Source: Microthyrium microscopicum (lineage: Eukaryota). Taken from it: a stretch of DNA of 36,918 nt. The DNA is taken from the NCBI GenBank assembly GCA_010405405.1, contig MU004233.1, positions 1,924,566 through 1,961,483 on the forward strand, given 5' to 3'. The notes beneath the pieces were generated by a model. That model searched no databases and was not told the origin of the DNA. It was given only the letters and a program-made list of their open reading frames with translations. A program made the position numbers and the translations under genes. This document shows positions 22,785 to 34,599 of this stretch, one piece after another; positions within the stretch are counted from its first letter, which is position 1, and each line of letters begins with the position of its first letter.

Positions 22785-24499
22785 GATGACCGATTGAAGT
22801 CAATTTAATGTGCAATGCTGCATACGATGCGCTCTGTGCCAATGCAAGAGTCGAGTCTTGCACCAATTTGCAGAATAAACCTGTCGTCGCGCGAGGTCTT
22901 CAAAGCTCTTATAGGATTCTAATATGGCGCTTGTTCACCTCATAGAGAGCGCGTTGGAAGGAAACTCCCCGCACGATGCACGAAGGATTCATGACGCTGA
23001 AGGATTGCAAGGATTGGCTGTAAATCCCATGCATATCGAATATAAGACCTGAATTTCGTTGAGTTACGCAGACGGGTTACAGAATCAGAGGCAGTACGGA
23101 GTACTACCTAACAACAAATTCGGTTCCTGCCGAAGAAAAGGACTGATAATGCTTCAACCCCTGAAAGCTTGACTTCCAAGCTTCGTGTTGCTTGCAAGTT
23201 GCACCACTCTACGTCCACCACTTCACACCCCTAAAGTCCCTGATGCAAGTCGTCACTCTTCAGCCTTGCCGTTCCTGAATAATACGATAATTAAGCATTC
23301 GCCAAAGAAATCAAGCAATTTTGGATCCGGGTATAATCAGCTAGCGTCAAGCCAAAAGCCATGAAGCGTGACGCTAAGCAAAACCATGCCGCGTCATCAG
23401 TATTGGCATCCGACTCACTCAACTCTAACTTAGACTCAACTTAGGCCCAATTAGGTAATTATTACGACTAACTTAACTAACTTAACTAATAGAAACTCTA
23501 GGATTTGGACTTAATTTAGACTAGTGCTATATTTTAAAAGACTAACTTAACTTAAACTTAAGTTACTTAATAAGTTACTTAAGTCTAAGTTATACTAATT
23601 CTTAAAATAGAATATACTAGCCTAATTAGGTTAAAAGCTATACTATTTAACTTAGCTAGATTTATAAAATCTAGATCTATTTTCTATTTTTTAATATTAT
23701 GTCTCTATCTAGAGCTATGCTAGTTTAAAGATTATAAGTATTTTATTCTTTAATAATTATATATAAAATATTACCTAATAGACTAAATTATAGTTAGATT
23801 TACTTAATATTTTATATTTAGTATACTTATATTTATAATAATAGAGAAAAAAATAAATTAGACTTAAATATTATAATTATTACTTCTAATAGTAATATAA
23901 TAGAATTAAGAATAATAATTAAATAGAGAAAATAATTAAAGATAAGATAAAATAAATATATTTTATAAAAATAGTAAATATTAAGATTTATTACTAAAGT
24001 TATACATATTTTAATTTATTAGAGTCTTAGGAATCTAAATATATTATTAGTTTTTAAGAAACTCTAGTATATATTTATTTATTATCTAATTACTAATTTT
24101 AATTATTTTTATAAAAAGTAATATTTACTTAATATAGCTTAAATACTTCTATATCTTAATAATATATAGAGAAAACTATATTATTAAATAGAGAAAAGTT
24201 ACCTCTATAGAATAGCTTGATTAGACTTTTTTATTTAGGCCTAGTTACGTTTTAAAATAAATAGAACTAAGTATAATAATATATTTTATATTTAAAGTAT
24301 AAATATTAAATAAGACTATTTTTAATAGTTATAGTATAGAATATAGTTATTATAATATACCTTATAGTTTTTAGGATATACTACTTTATATTTAAATATA
24401 TAAGTTATTTATTATTTTATTAAAAATAAATAAAATTAAAAAACTTATATTTTCTTATTTACTAAGTATTTATATACTATTATATTACTATTTATATAC

Positions 24500-27100
24500 T
24501 TTTTATATCTAAATTTTTAAAGGAATATAATACTACTATTTCTAACTCTTATATACTTACTCTTTAATTACTTATTCTACTTACTAATAACTTTACTTTT
24601 TTATTAAATTCTTTTATTTTAACTCCTTTTTTTTATTTATTTCTAACTAAAATATAACTATAACTCTATAACGCTTAAATACTATAACTAGTTACTTAGT
24701 ATCTACTATTTCTTACTCTTTTGCCTTTTCTAGCTTATATATATTTACTATTCCCTATATTTTTATTTAAATAATCTTTTTAGCTATTTTAGTTACTAAT
24801 TTATTTTTATCTTTAGTAATAATATCTCCTTTAATACTAAAGGTACTCTTAATAGCTCTAGAAGTAAAAGGTATTATTAAATACTTTTTAGTTAAATAAA
24901 ATAAAATAGGATAAACTATTTGCTTTTCTATCTAGTATTTAATAGAAAGTATTCTAGAACTTAGATATATTTCTTCTAAATAACGAATATATTTAGGCTA
25001 ACTAATAGCTTTACTAGTACTTTTAGAAAGCTTAATATAAAATAGATTATTATTATTATCTTCTTTAAGATTTAGAGAACTTATATCCTAATTAATAAAA
25101 GTTTTAAGAAATAGCTTTTTAGTAGTAGTATTATATTCCTCTTTAAAAAGAATAGTAACGTTATTTAAAATCTAACTATAATAATAGTAAAAGGTATTAA
25201 GAGAGTTCTTAAAATATAAAAGCTTATATCTAAGATCTAGTACTAGAGCTAAAATATAAGGTTTTAGTTATAAAACCTTTTTAAAACTAGAAATCCTTTT
25301 AAGGAAGTATTTATCTAGCTTTTTAATACTATATTCTATAGCTTTTATAAAGTATTTATAATTAGGATAATTAGCATCTAATATAGTATTAATAAATATT
25401 TAAAATACTAGTCTTTTAGCTTTTAAGCCTCTAAAAAGATTATAAATATATAAAAGAGCTATATTTATAGTAGTATAAATTTAGCTTTATAATTAAACTA
25501 TAGAAATAATAAATAACTTTAGTATATTCCTTAAATTCTTTAGTACTATCTAATTCTATAAAGATAAAGTAAACTTCTTTTTAAACTTCTTATCTTTAGT
25601 ATTTTAAAAAATATATTTAATAATAATTTTAAGCTTTATTAAGTAATCTAGTATATAATATATAAAATTCTATTTAGTTTTTTAGTCTAGAGGTACCTTA
25701 GTAATTTATATCTTTTTATTAATTTCTTTTATTTTAATAGCAAGCTTTTAACGATTATTAAAGTTAGTTTTATATTTATAAATATATTTAATAGCTATAA
25801 CTACTTTTCTAGTTTTACCTAGTATTCCTTTAGACGCTATATTATCTAAAGCTACTTCTATTTAAGAATCTATACTTCTAGCATTTAGAATAATATTTAT
25901 AAATCTAGTTAAACTAACTTCTTTATTGTAATTAATTTAAAATTAAGCTAAAATATCTTTTATAACTAAATTAATAATATATATAGTATAATAAATATTA
26001 TAGAAGTCTATAGTAATTCTTACTAGTTCTTTTTTATATTATAGCTATTTAATAAGTGTCTTATTATTTAATGCGTTATCTTTAGTAAAACTAATAATAT
26101 TTATAATATCTAAATTAAAAGTTCTAAGAATATTTATAAAAATAGAATAAAGATAAATACTAGTATGTCTTTTAGTTAATTCTTTAAAGCCTAATAGCTT
26201 ATATTAAATTTTGTAGTCTTAATCTATATAAATAGTAATTACGCTTAATATAGTTATTTAATTACTAGACGTTTATATATCTAAAGTAATTATAATATAA
26301 TTATTATATAAAATAACTACTTTAAGATCTTATTTTAATTTATTTAAAGTAGTATTATAAGTAGAATATAATAAAGCTCTAAGGTTTTTATAGTTAATAT
26401 TAGAAGAATACTAATTATAATATTATAGAAGCTTTATAAAAGATTTAGAACTATACGTATTAAAAGAAAGATTATTTTTAATTAAAAACTTTAAAACTAA
26501 ATATAAAGTATCTTCTTTACTAAATTCTTAGCTAGTATTAGCTTTAGTATACTTATATTTAGCTATAGTCTAAGGTATATTAACTTCTTAGCTACTTATT
26601 CTAGCTTTATATTAAAATATAGTTTCTTTACCTTTATCTAATTCTACTTTTCTATTAGTAGTAATAGTTTTATAGCAATTTTTATAATGTCTATTTAAAT
26701 TAGACGTTAAATAACCTTTTAAGGCTTAAATATTAGTAATTTTATTATATAGAGTATATATAGTACGTACTTATCTAAGCTTAGTAAAATCTATAGGTAG
26801 TAATTTTCTTATAAAAAGCTTATTAGATAAAGTATAAGACTTAGAATTTTTATCTATTAATTTAAATTTTAGATTATTATAACTATTACTAGTAATAATA
26901 CTATTACTATTAAATATATTAGATACGCTATTATTAGGAGCTAAAGAACCTTAACTTTAGTTAAAGCTAGAACCTAGTATATTATTATCTACTATAATAA
27001 AAGATAGAATTTCTATAAAAATAAAAAGTAAAAAAAGGATATACTAGTTTAAAAACCTAGATAAGAAAAACTAAATTAGCAAATATTTAGCTAGATATAA
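24500..27100 (-). pseudogene. hAT transposase relic (BED finger, DDE core, dimerisation domain); limits approximate
   Basis: Minus-strand reading with RIP changes: BED-like 'Y(C)TLY(C)...TSNLNRH...Y(H)' ~26670-26760; 'ITLDI*TSSN*' (TLDxWTS) ~26260-26290; 'LLGFKEL..RHTS'; 'FTKDNALNN' (DNASNN) ~26065-26090; 'Y(C)..Y(H)IINLVIKDIL' ~25950-25995; 'D*KTK*NFIYYIL' (TRWNSTYxML) ~25650-25690; 'Y*...YPIL..L.KKYLIIPFTS.AIK(E)STFS..GDIIT' ~24800-24940. Confidence 0.92.
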
Positions 27101-27372
27101 CTATATAAAGAATCTAAAATAGCTAGTCTTAAATAAAAAAACTAGGTATAGTAGAAAATAAATAAGAAACTTTTTTTTTAAATTTAAATTCTTTTAAATA
27201 TTTTTTTAGATATAAGTAAATCTAATAGCAAAATTGCTAGAATAAGAGTAAAATAGATATAAAATAAATAGTTAAAGTAAATAGAAAAGCTATAAAGCTA
27301 TAATTAAACTAAAAGCTTAGAAATATACTAGAAAAATAGTAAATAAACTAAATATTCTAATAGTATAATTAG

Positions 27373-27662
27373 CTAAATAAACTAATACTAAAGAGTAAAA
27401 GTAAATAAAAGCTAGAGGCTATAAAAGCTAATCTTAAAAATAGAATAGTATAGAAATATATTATATAGTAATAGCTTTTATATAAAAAAATATTTAAAAA
27501 GTAGTTTCTAACTAGAATTTCTAATAAAATACTAACTAAATAAACTAATACTAAAGAGTAAAAGTAAATAAAAGCTAGAGGCTATAAAGCTAATCCTAAA
27601 AAAAGAATAGTATAGAAATATATTATATAGTAATAGCTTTTATATAAAAAAATACTTAAAAA
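27373..27662 (+). repeat. Imperfect direct repeat, two copies of about 128 bp (27373-27500 and 27536-27662)
   Basis: ctaaataaactaatactaaagagtaaaagtaaataaaagctagaggctata...tagaatagtatagaaatatattatatagtaatagcttttatataaaaaaata occurs twice. Confidence 0.9.
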
Positions 27663-27699
27663 AAAAAGTAAAAAAGTTAAAAAATATAAATACTATATA

Positions 27700-28199
27700 N
27701 NNNNNNNNNNNNNNNNNNNNNNNNNNNNNNNNNNNNNNNNNNNNNNNNNNNNNNNNNNNNNNNNNNNNNNNNNNNNNNNNNNNNNNNNNNNNNNNNNNNN
27801 NNNNNNNNNNNNNNNNNNNNNNNNNNNNNNNNNNNNNNNNNNNNNNNNNNNNNNNNNNNNNNNNNNNNNNNNNNNNNNNNNNNNNNNNNNNNNNNNNNNN
27901 NNNNNNNNNNNNNNNNNNNNNNNNNNNNNNNNNNNNNNNNNNNNNNNNNNNNNNNNNNNNNNNNNNNNNNNNNNNNNNNNNNNNNNNNNNNNNNNNNNNN
28001 NNNNNNNNNNNNNNNNNNNNNNNNNNNNNNNNNNNNNNNNNNNNNNNNNNNNNNNNNNNNNNNNNNNNNNNNNNNNNNNNNNNNNNNNNNNNNNNNNNNN
28101 NNNNNNNNNNNNNNNNNNNNNNNNNNNNNNNNNNNNNNNNNNNNNNNNNNNNNNNNNNNNNNNNNNNNNNNNNNNNNNNNNNNNNNNNNNNNNNNNNNN
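27700..28199. other. Assembly gap (500 N)
   Basis: Run of N. Confidence 1.
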
Positions 28200-28265
28200 T
28201 AGCCTTAGAGGCTATTTCTACTTATTTTTTACTTTATTCTATATAATATCTCTTAGTAAGAATTC

Positions 28266-28295
28266 TTTTTCTTTTTTTTTTTTTTTTTTTTTTTT
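28266..28295 (-). repeat. Poly(T) tract = poly(A) on the minus strand; candidate retroelement tail
   Basis: tttttc followed by 24 T (28272-28295). It lies 3' of the minus-strand LINE. Confidence 0.7.
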
Positions 28296-31069
28296 ACTTA
28301 TTAACTTTCTAGTCTCTATATTTAATCTAGTATACTTTTATACTAGTTTTTAGTACTATTTTAATTAATAAATTCTTCTTTATTAAATAGTATAGCTTTT
28401 ATATTTTTATTAGCCTTATAGCGTAAGTTATCTATTTCTTTTTAACTTTTTTCTTTTTTACTTATTATTTATTATAGAGACGTAGTAATTACTAGATATT
28501 TTAAAAGTAAGTCTTCTCTACTCTTTATTATAGCTTTAATTAATTTATGTTTTTTTATAGAGCTTTCCTTTAATAATTCCTATATTAAATTATAAAGATT
28601 CTTAAATAAATTCTTAGGTTATAGAAACGTCCTTTTATTTAAAAATAAATTAAACTATAATTCTTAGATACTATAACGTAAATAGGTAGGAAATTAAGAA
28701 TTTAGCTATATTGTTTATATTGCTAAGGAATATAATCTATAACGTATATATCTTAATTTCTTATCTCTTTTAGTAGAAAGAAACGTTAAATCTTTTATAG
28801 TTTATTTTATTCTAGAAATTAGGCAAGTTAATTATAAAGCTATATTCTTATATAATAGTAAGGAAACTAGTATTCTTATTACTTATAAGCCTATTGCTAT
28901 CTAGTCTTCTTATAGTTCTAAGATAGAACTTTTATTACCTAAATTAGTAATAAACTAGGAGGGCCTTAAAGCTAATTAGATAGAAGCTACTTTTAGACTA
29001 GATCCTATAATACCTAGGTAAGCCCTTTATACTTTATTCTATTTAAATTATATACTAACTCTTTATAGTAGTAAAGATTACGTTTAAAAAGTATATAAAT
29101 CTAACCTAAAATAGAATTCTAAGCTAAATATCTATTATGCTAAAGAACGTTAATTTAAGCATTAGAAGCTACTAGATAGCTATCTTCTAGCGAAGAAGGA
29201 ATACATATATATATGAATCTTGTTTATTATCTTTTAGCTACGCTAATAGGCTATATAGACGCTACTCTTACTTTTAGAAAAACCCTTATAAGAAAACCTA
29301 TAATATTCCTTTAGTTGCCTTCTAGTAGCCTTATTCTATTATTATTATAATACTCTCTTAGTCTACTACTTCTAAATAGAAGGACTTATATTATCTCTCT
29401 ATAAACTATAAGCCTACTAAAGGAATTCTAGTTAGTAGGTTAATATAGTAAGCAACTAGTAGTTACTAACTACTAAGGGCCTTATATAGCTTAAGCATAC
29501 TATACGTTATATAGATCTTACGCTACGTACTAGGATCTTAATCCTTAATACTATCTCTATTATTAGTTTTCCTTTTAGGACTTATTTATTACTTAATTGC
29601 TTAAGGCTATAGTGTCTCTTAAGATAGGTTAGATCTAGCTTTTTAGTGCCTATTTCTATTTAATATTACCTTATTATTAAGTTTTGCTATTATAGTTTAA
29701 TAAGTTCCTATTAATCTTTCCTTTCCTAGGGGCCTATAGCTATTATCTTTATATAGTTAACTTTCTATATAGTTTTATAATAAGTGTATATAATACGTAT
29801 TTTTAAGTTTTTATAATTAATTTCTACCCTTAATAGGCTTTAGTATTACTATAGCCCTTAGCTATATTAAGCCCTTTCTTTTAATGCTTATTAAGTAAGA
29901 TATTAATAATATCTCTTAGCTAAGTTTTTTTTATTAATCTATGCTCTTTAATACTATATAATAGGCTACTAAATAGCTACCTCTAAGTTTCTAGTAGTCT
30001 ATATAGTCTACCTCTAGGATATAAAGTATTTTAAATCTATATAGTTTTAGTTACTTCTTTCTCTCTAAGTTTCTATTATACTTCCTACTCTCCTTAATTT
30101 CTCTTCTAAAGGTAAGTTCTCTATAAGCTCTCCTTTCTTCTCTCTTTTTCGCCTTTAGGTACTTAGTAAATATCCTATGCTTATAAGTACTCTCCTTCTA
30201 TTGTTTCTAAAGAAGGTAAAAACTACTTTATTTATAAATGTTAAAAATACTACTTTATTCTTAAATATAAAATTAGCTAGTTCTATCCTAGCTCCTATTA
30301 TAAGTCTTTTAGTATCTTTTTATATATAGTATTAACTATTATAATATAGACTATATACGCCCCTAGTATAAGAATTTATCTATACTATTTCTAAGTATTA
30401 TACTATTATATAGAGTTACTTAATAGTAAGTACTTAGTTAGTTCTAGCGCGCTTACTATAGTAATTACTTATATCTATAGTTAAGCTAGCCCTAGCTAGT
30501 ATCTTTACTCTTATTATAAAAAGTAACGTTCTAAGTATAAAGCTATAAGTATATCCTTACTCTTAATCTTCTACCTTTTCTAATATTATAATAAAGTACT
30601 AGTAAAGTTAAAGGAGTAAAGTAAGCGCTTTTAATACGTTTTTAATAAGGTAATAGCTAACCTAGTTAATCCTCGTTAGAGTATTAAGAAGTATATATTA
30701 TTAAGTATAGATAAGGAGGCTACTAAGTAGATAAAGGTTATAAAAGATTTAGTAAGTAAGTTTACTAGTTATAGAGCTTAATTTACTTCTACTATAGCCT
30801 TACTAGTATAGTAGAAAAAGAAGAAGCTAAAGGTTAATATAGCTATACTAGCTACTAATTTAGCTTATCTATAAGTTATCTTGCTAGAGCTTTGTACTTA
30901 AAGTATGAAGATAGATTTATTAGTAGAGATATCTTAGTTATTAGGTAAGATAGTAGTATTATTTAATAAAGAGTAGTAAATAGATATAAAATAAAATTAA
31001 TTATATTTTTAGACTTAGCTATTTTCTTTATAATTATATATTACTAGCTTATTAGTACTATAATATTAT

Positions 31070-34000
31070 AGTTAGTTATTTATAAGATCTTTAAGTCTTA
31101 GTAGTTCTCTATACGCCTTAAGGTCTATTTCTATAATCTTTTTAGTTAGCCTAAATTACTAAAGAGCTTTACTCTTTAGTAGCTATCTAGCTACTACTTA
31201 AGTATTTCTTAGATTAAAGAGTATATAAGCCTTATTTAGTATTATTACTTATTCTAGCAATTTTTCTCTATAATATTATAGATAGTTTAGTAGTATATAG
31301 TAAACTATTTATTACTAGTAACTATATAAGTACTATAGTAGAGAGACTATTAGTACCTATATGCTATATAGCTAGTTATTAAGTCTAATAACTTCTAATT
31401 GTATAAGGAAGAGCACTATTGCTTATACTTTATTAAGACTATTATAAAGCTTAATTAGTTAGTTACTTTATAACGTTCTTTATACTATAGTAGTATATTA
31501 CTACGTCCTTATAAGCTATACCTAAGTATTTATCTAGAGCTTGTAGTAATATACCCTAATTAGGGATATCTTTAGTTCTAGTTTAGTTTTTACCTTCTTT
31601 TTCTTTTATAATATACTATCTATTAGTTATATTACTCTTCTATAATTAATATTCTACTTTTACTTCGTCTCTAATCTCTTTTTTTATTACTTTAGTATAT
31701 TAACTTCCTAAGCTATAACCTTAGTTATATATATCTATACTAGTTTAAGCGTTACTAGGCTTCTTAGTTATTACTACTAGGGAGGTATTCTCTAGTTCCT
31801 TAAAAGGTTTGCCTAGTATACTTTAGTAACGATTTTACTTATCTTTTATATTACTATTAAGTCTTTATTCTTATTAGTATATTCTTTTACTAAAATTGTA
31901 GCATTTATTTAGAGTAGTTTAACCCTTATTTTCTTATTTAATAAAGTAATAGGAGTTCTTTAGTACCTTTCTATTATCTTATAGAGTATATTATTCTAAA
32001 CTACTACTAGTAGTTTATAATAATCCTCTAGCGCCTTAGGAAATAATAATTTTAGACTCTATACTTATGCTCTATATATAAGGATTAGCCTAATAACTAC
32101 TATATAAAGGAGCTTTATCTTTTTAAAGACTAATCTCTATTTTAACTACACTATTCTTAAAAGTGCTACTACTTACTTAAATCCTTTAGTTCTAGTCTTT
32201 TTAATATAGTCTTTCTAGTTTATTCTTCTATTTATCTATATACTTAGTATCTTAATACTCTCTAGTATAAGCTTAGTAAATATACTATCTACTATTACTA
32301 TAAATTATAAGTCTACTTCTAAGTAGTAAATATTCTAAGTAAAGTATATTACTTAGTACTTATTAGGAGTAAACTTTATACTATATCTATTTACCTAGTT
32401 AGTATACTTTTAGTAAGCCTCTTCTAGTCTTATATAGTTCTTTTAGGTAGTATTGTCCTATATAACTAATATAGTATTATCTATAAACCTAAATCTAAAG
32501 ATATTATTACTTACGTCTTAGAAGTATTCTAGTAGTTCTAATATAAAGAAGAGAAAGAAGATAAGTAAAAGGAAGGATTCCTAGGAGATCCTTATATTAG
32601 TTATTATTACTAAGCTCTAGTACCTAGTGAATATAATTTAGGTTATATAATTAATAGTAAAGCTTACTACTATATTAATTAGCTACTAGGGGACTCCCTT
32701 TATCTCTAGGATATAAAGAAGTCTCCTTAGATTAACGTTATTATATGCTCTTTAAAGGTTAAGACTAAGTGCTAATACTATAGCTTTTACGTTTCTTTTC
32801 TATACTACTTTAATAGTATTCCTTAGGAGCTATACTACTATTAGCGTTAACTACCTTATTCTAACTCCTATTTAGTTCTAGGGTAATAAGTCGTTATCTT
32901 CTATAAGTTAAGTAAGTCTATTAGTAATAATCTTTTTAACTAACTTTACTATAGCATTCTTAAGGGCGATTAGCTAATAGGCTAATAGTAGTAAGTAGTT
33001 TTTCTTGCCTAGCTTTTTTAGTACTAGCGTATAAAATTACTTAAGGCATTTTAAGATTATACTACTTATTAGTATTCTACTAATTATAGATACTAGTCTT
33101 TTACTAAATTCTATTAGTTTTAGATTATTACCCTTCTTTTTAGGCTACGCCTTAAGCCTAAGAGCTTTTAGGACCTTATTTAGTATATTAATAGGTTCTA
33201 TTACTTTATAATTTAGAAGGCTATTAATTACGTAATCTATCTTTTTTACTATTACTTTATAGTCTATTTCTAGTTTTAAGAGTAGAATAGCGTCCTCTAT
33301 ATTACTTAGGTCTACTATCTTAATTTAAGGGAAGAACTTTATAGATAGTATATCTACTTTACCTTAGTTATTGTAGGTATAATTATTATTAGTTATTTAT
33401 CTAAGTACTAATAGGTATAAGTCTTCTTTTAGTTTACTAGCTTTAGCTCTTATCTACTTGCTTATTCTTTATAAACCTTAGTTCTTATAGTGCTTATAAT
33501 CCTTTATAATCTCTTTTATAAAGGTTTACTAAGATACTACTTTATCTTAGCGTAGAGATTTCCTTAGCTAAGCTATAATTAATTTATATATATACCTATC
33601 CTAGTTATTCTCTATCTAGAGGTATCTTCTCTTTACGTAGCGCTTTCCTTATATTAGTAAGGTAGTTATAAGTAACTACTTATATAAAGCTTACTTTAAG
33701 GGTTTTACTTTTAAGTAGTAAATCTCTAGTACTTCTATTATTACCCTATATAGGGCCTCTATTAATATATCTTTAATATCCTATAAGCTATTATTTACGT
33801 ATTTAATAAATTATTCTATATCTAGTTTTTATATATTATACTATACTTTTAGTATATACTTCTCTTATCTTAGAGTAAGCTAGATTAGTACTAAGATATA
33901 ATCTTCTATTAGTACCTAGGTATTAACTAGGCTATAGAACTCTAGTCTTTCTTAAAGGAATTAAGATATAAACGTAAGGTTAATTACTATTTCTACTACT

Positions 34001-34590
34001 CTTACTCTTTTTCCTTTACGTAACCTATAGGTTAGCTCTCCTTTTAATATACCTAGGTAGAGTCCCTACTAAATTATATTATAAAGTAAGGTATTTACTT
34101 AGGGTTTAGTAGCTAATACTATGCCTCCCTATTAATAGTAGTAGTAGTTAAAGTCTTCTACTAATAAGATCTTTTCTTTTACTTTATTAATTACCTTTAT
34201 TAGTATTAGGCATTTAGTAATATAGTTATAATTACTTACTACTAGGCCTTTACTATATATATTAATAATTATTAGTATTATATACTTACGCTAGAGGTAT
34301 AGTATTAAGACGAATTAGTTATAATATCTTACTTACTAGTTCCTTATATTAAGCGCCTTACTTATTATAAAGCATACTCTTAATTAATTATCTTAATTAT
34401 ATACTAGAGCGTAGCTAAGGAGGTAGTACGTCTCCTCTAGCTTTATAATTCCTTTAAGGTCTTAGACCGCTATAATTAGTTACTTAGTATTATTTAGTAA
34501 ATTAAAGAATAGCCTTACTTTTTTCTTATTTAACCTCTTATAGTTATATTATATAATATTAATACTATTTATCTAAGTCTATTATTTAGA
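31070..34590 (-). pseudogene. LINE ORF2 relic (APE endonuclease - reverse transcriptase - CCHC finger)
   Basis: De-RIP readings: 'II*YNY(C)..N...RLFFNLL...IIAV*DL' (QYNC...RPFFDSL...IAVQEP) ~34455-34560; 'EDFNYYY.**GG' (GDFNxHH..WGG) ~34125-34160; 'AY*LIAL.N...KL.KKII' (YRPIAL) ~32930-32985; 'SLNL*RAYNNV' (LDL.GAYDNV) ~32735-32770; GIPQGSPLSP-like ~32565-32595; 'RFIDN' (GFVDD) ~32476-32490; 'KFTPNKY*VIYFT' ~32340-32380; 'EVIRLN.*L...Y(C).Y(C)S..*IV.Y(H)ILL.Y(C)' ~31280-31400. Confidence 0.93.
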
Positions 34591-34599
34591 TTCTGCTTA

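Larger units (their letters stand above)
23398..27699 (-). mobile_element. RIP-inactivated hAT-superfamily DNA transposon (one end probably near 23398; other end not seen, in or beyond the gap)
   Basis: Contains the relic transposase below. Candidate terminus CAGTATTGGC at 23398 is followed by GACTC-type subterminal repeats. Boundaries are inferred. Confidence 0.75.

Noticed and set aside
23398..23602. Stand-alone MITE
   Set aside because: The ends are only loosely complementary, and the flanks (CGCGTCAT vs TAAAATAG) give no target-site duplication.
30993..31002. Possible LINE TSD (aaaattaatt vs gaaattgatc at 36316-36325)
   Set aside because: Needs three substitutions in 10 AT-rich bases, so it is indistinguishable from chance.
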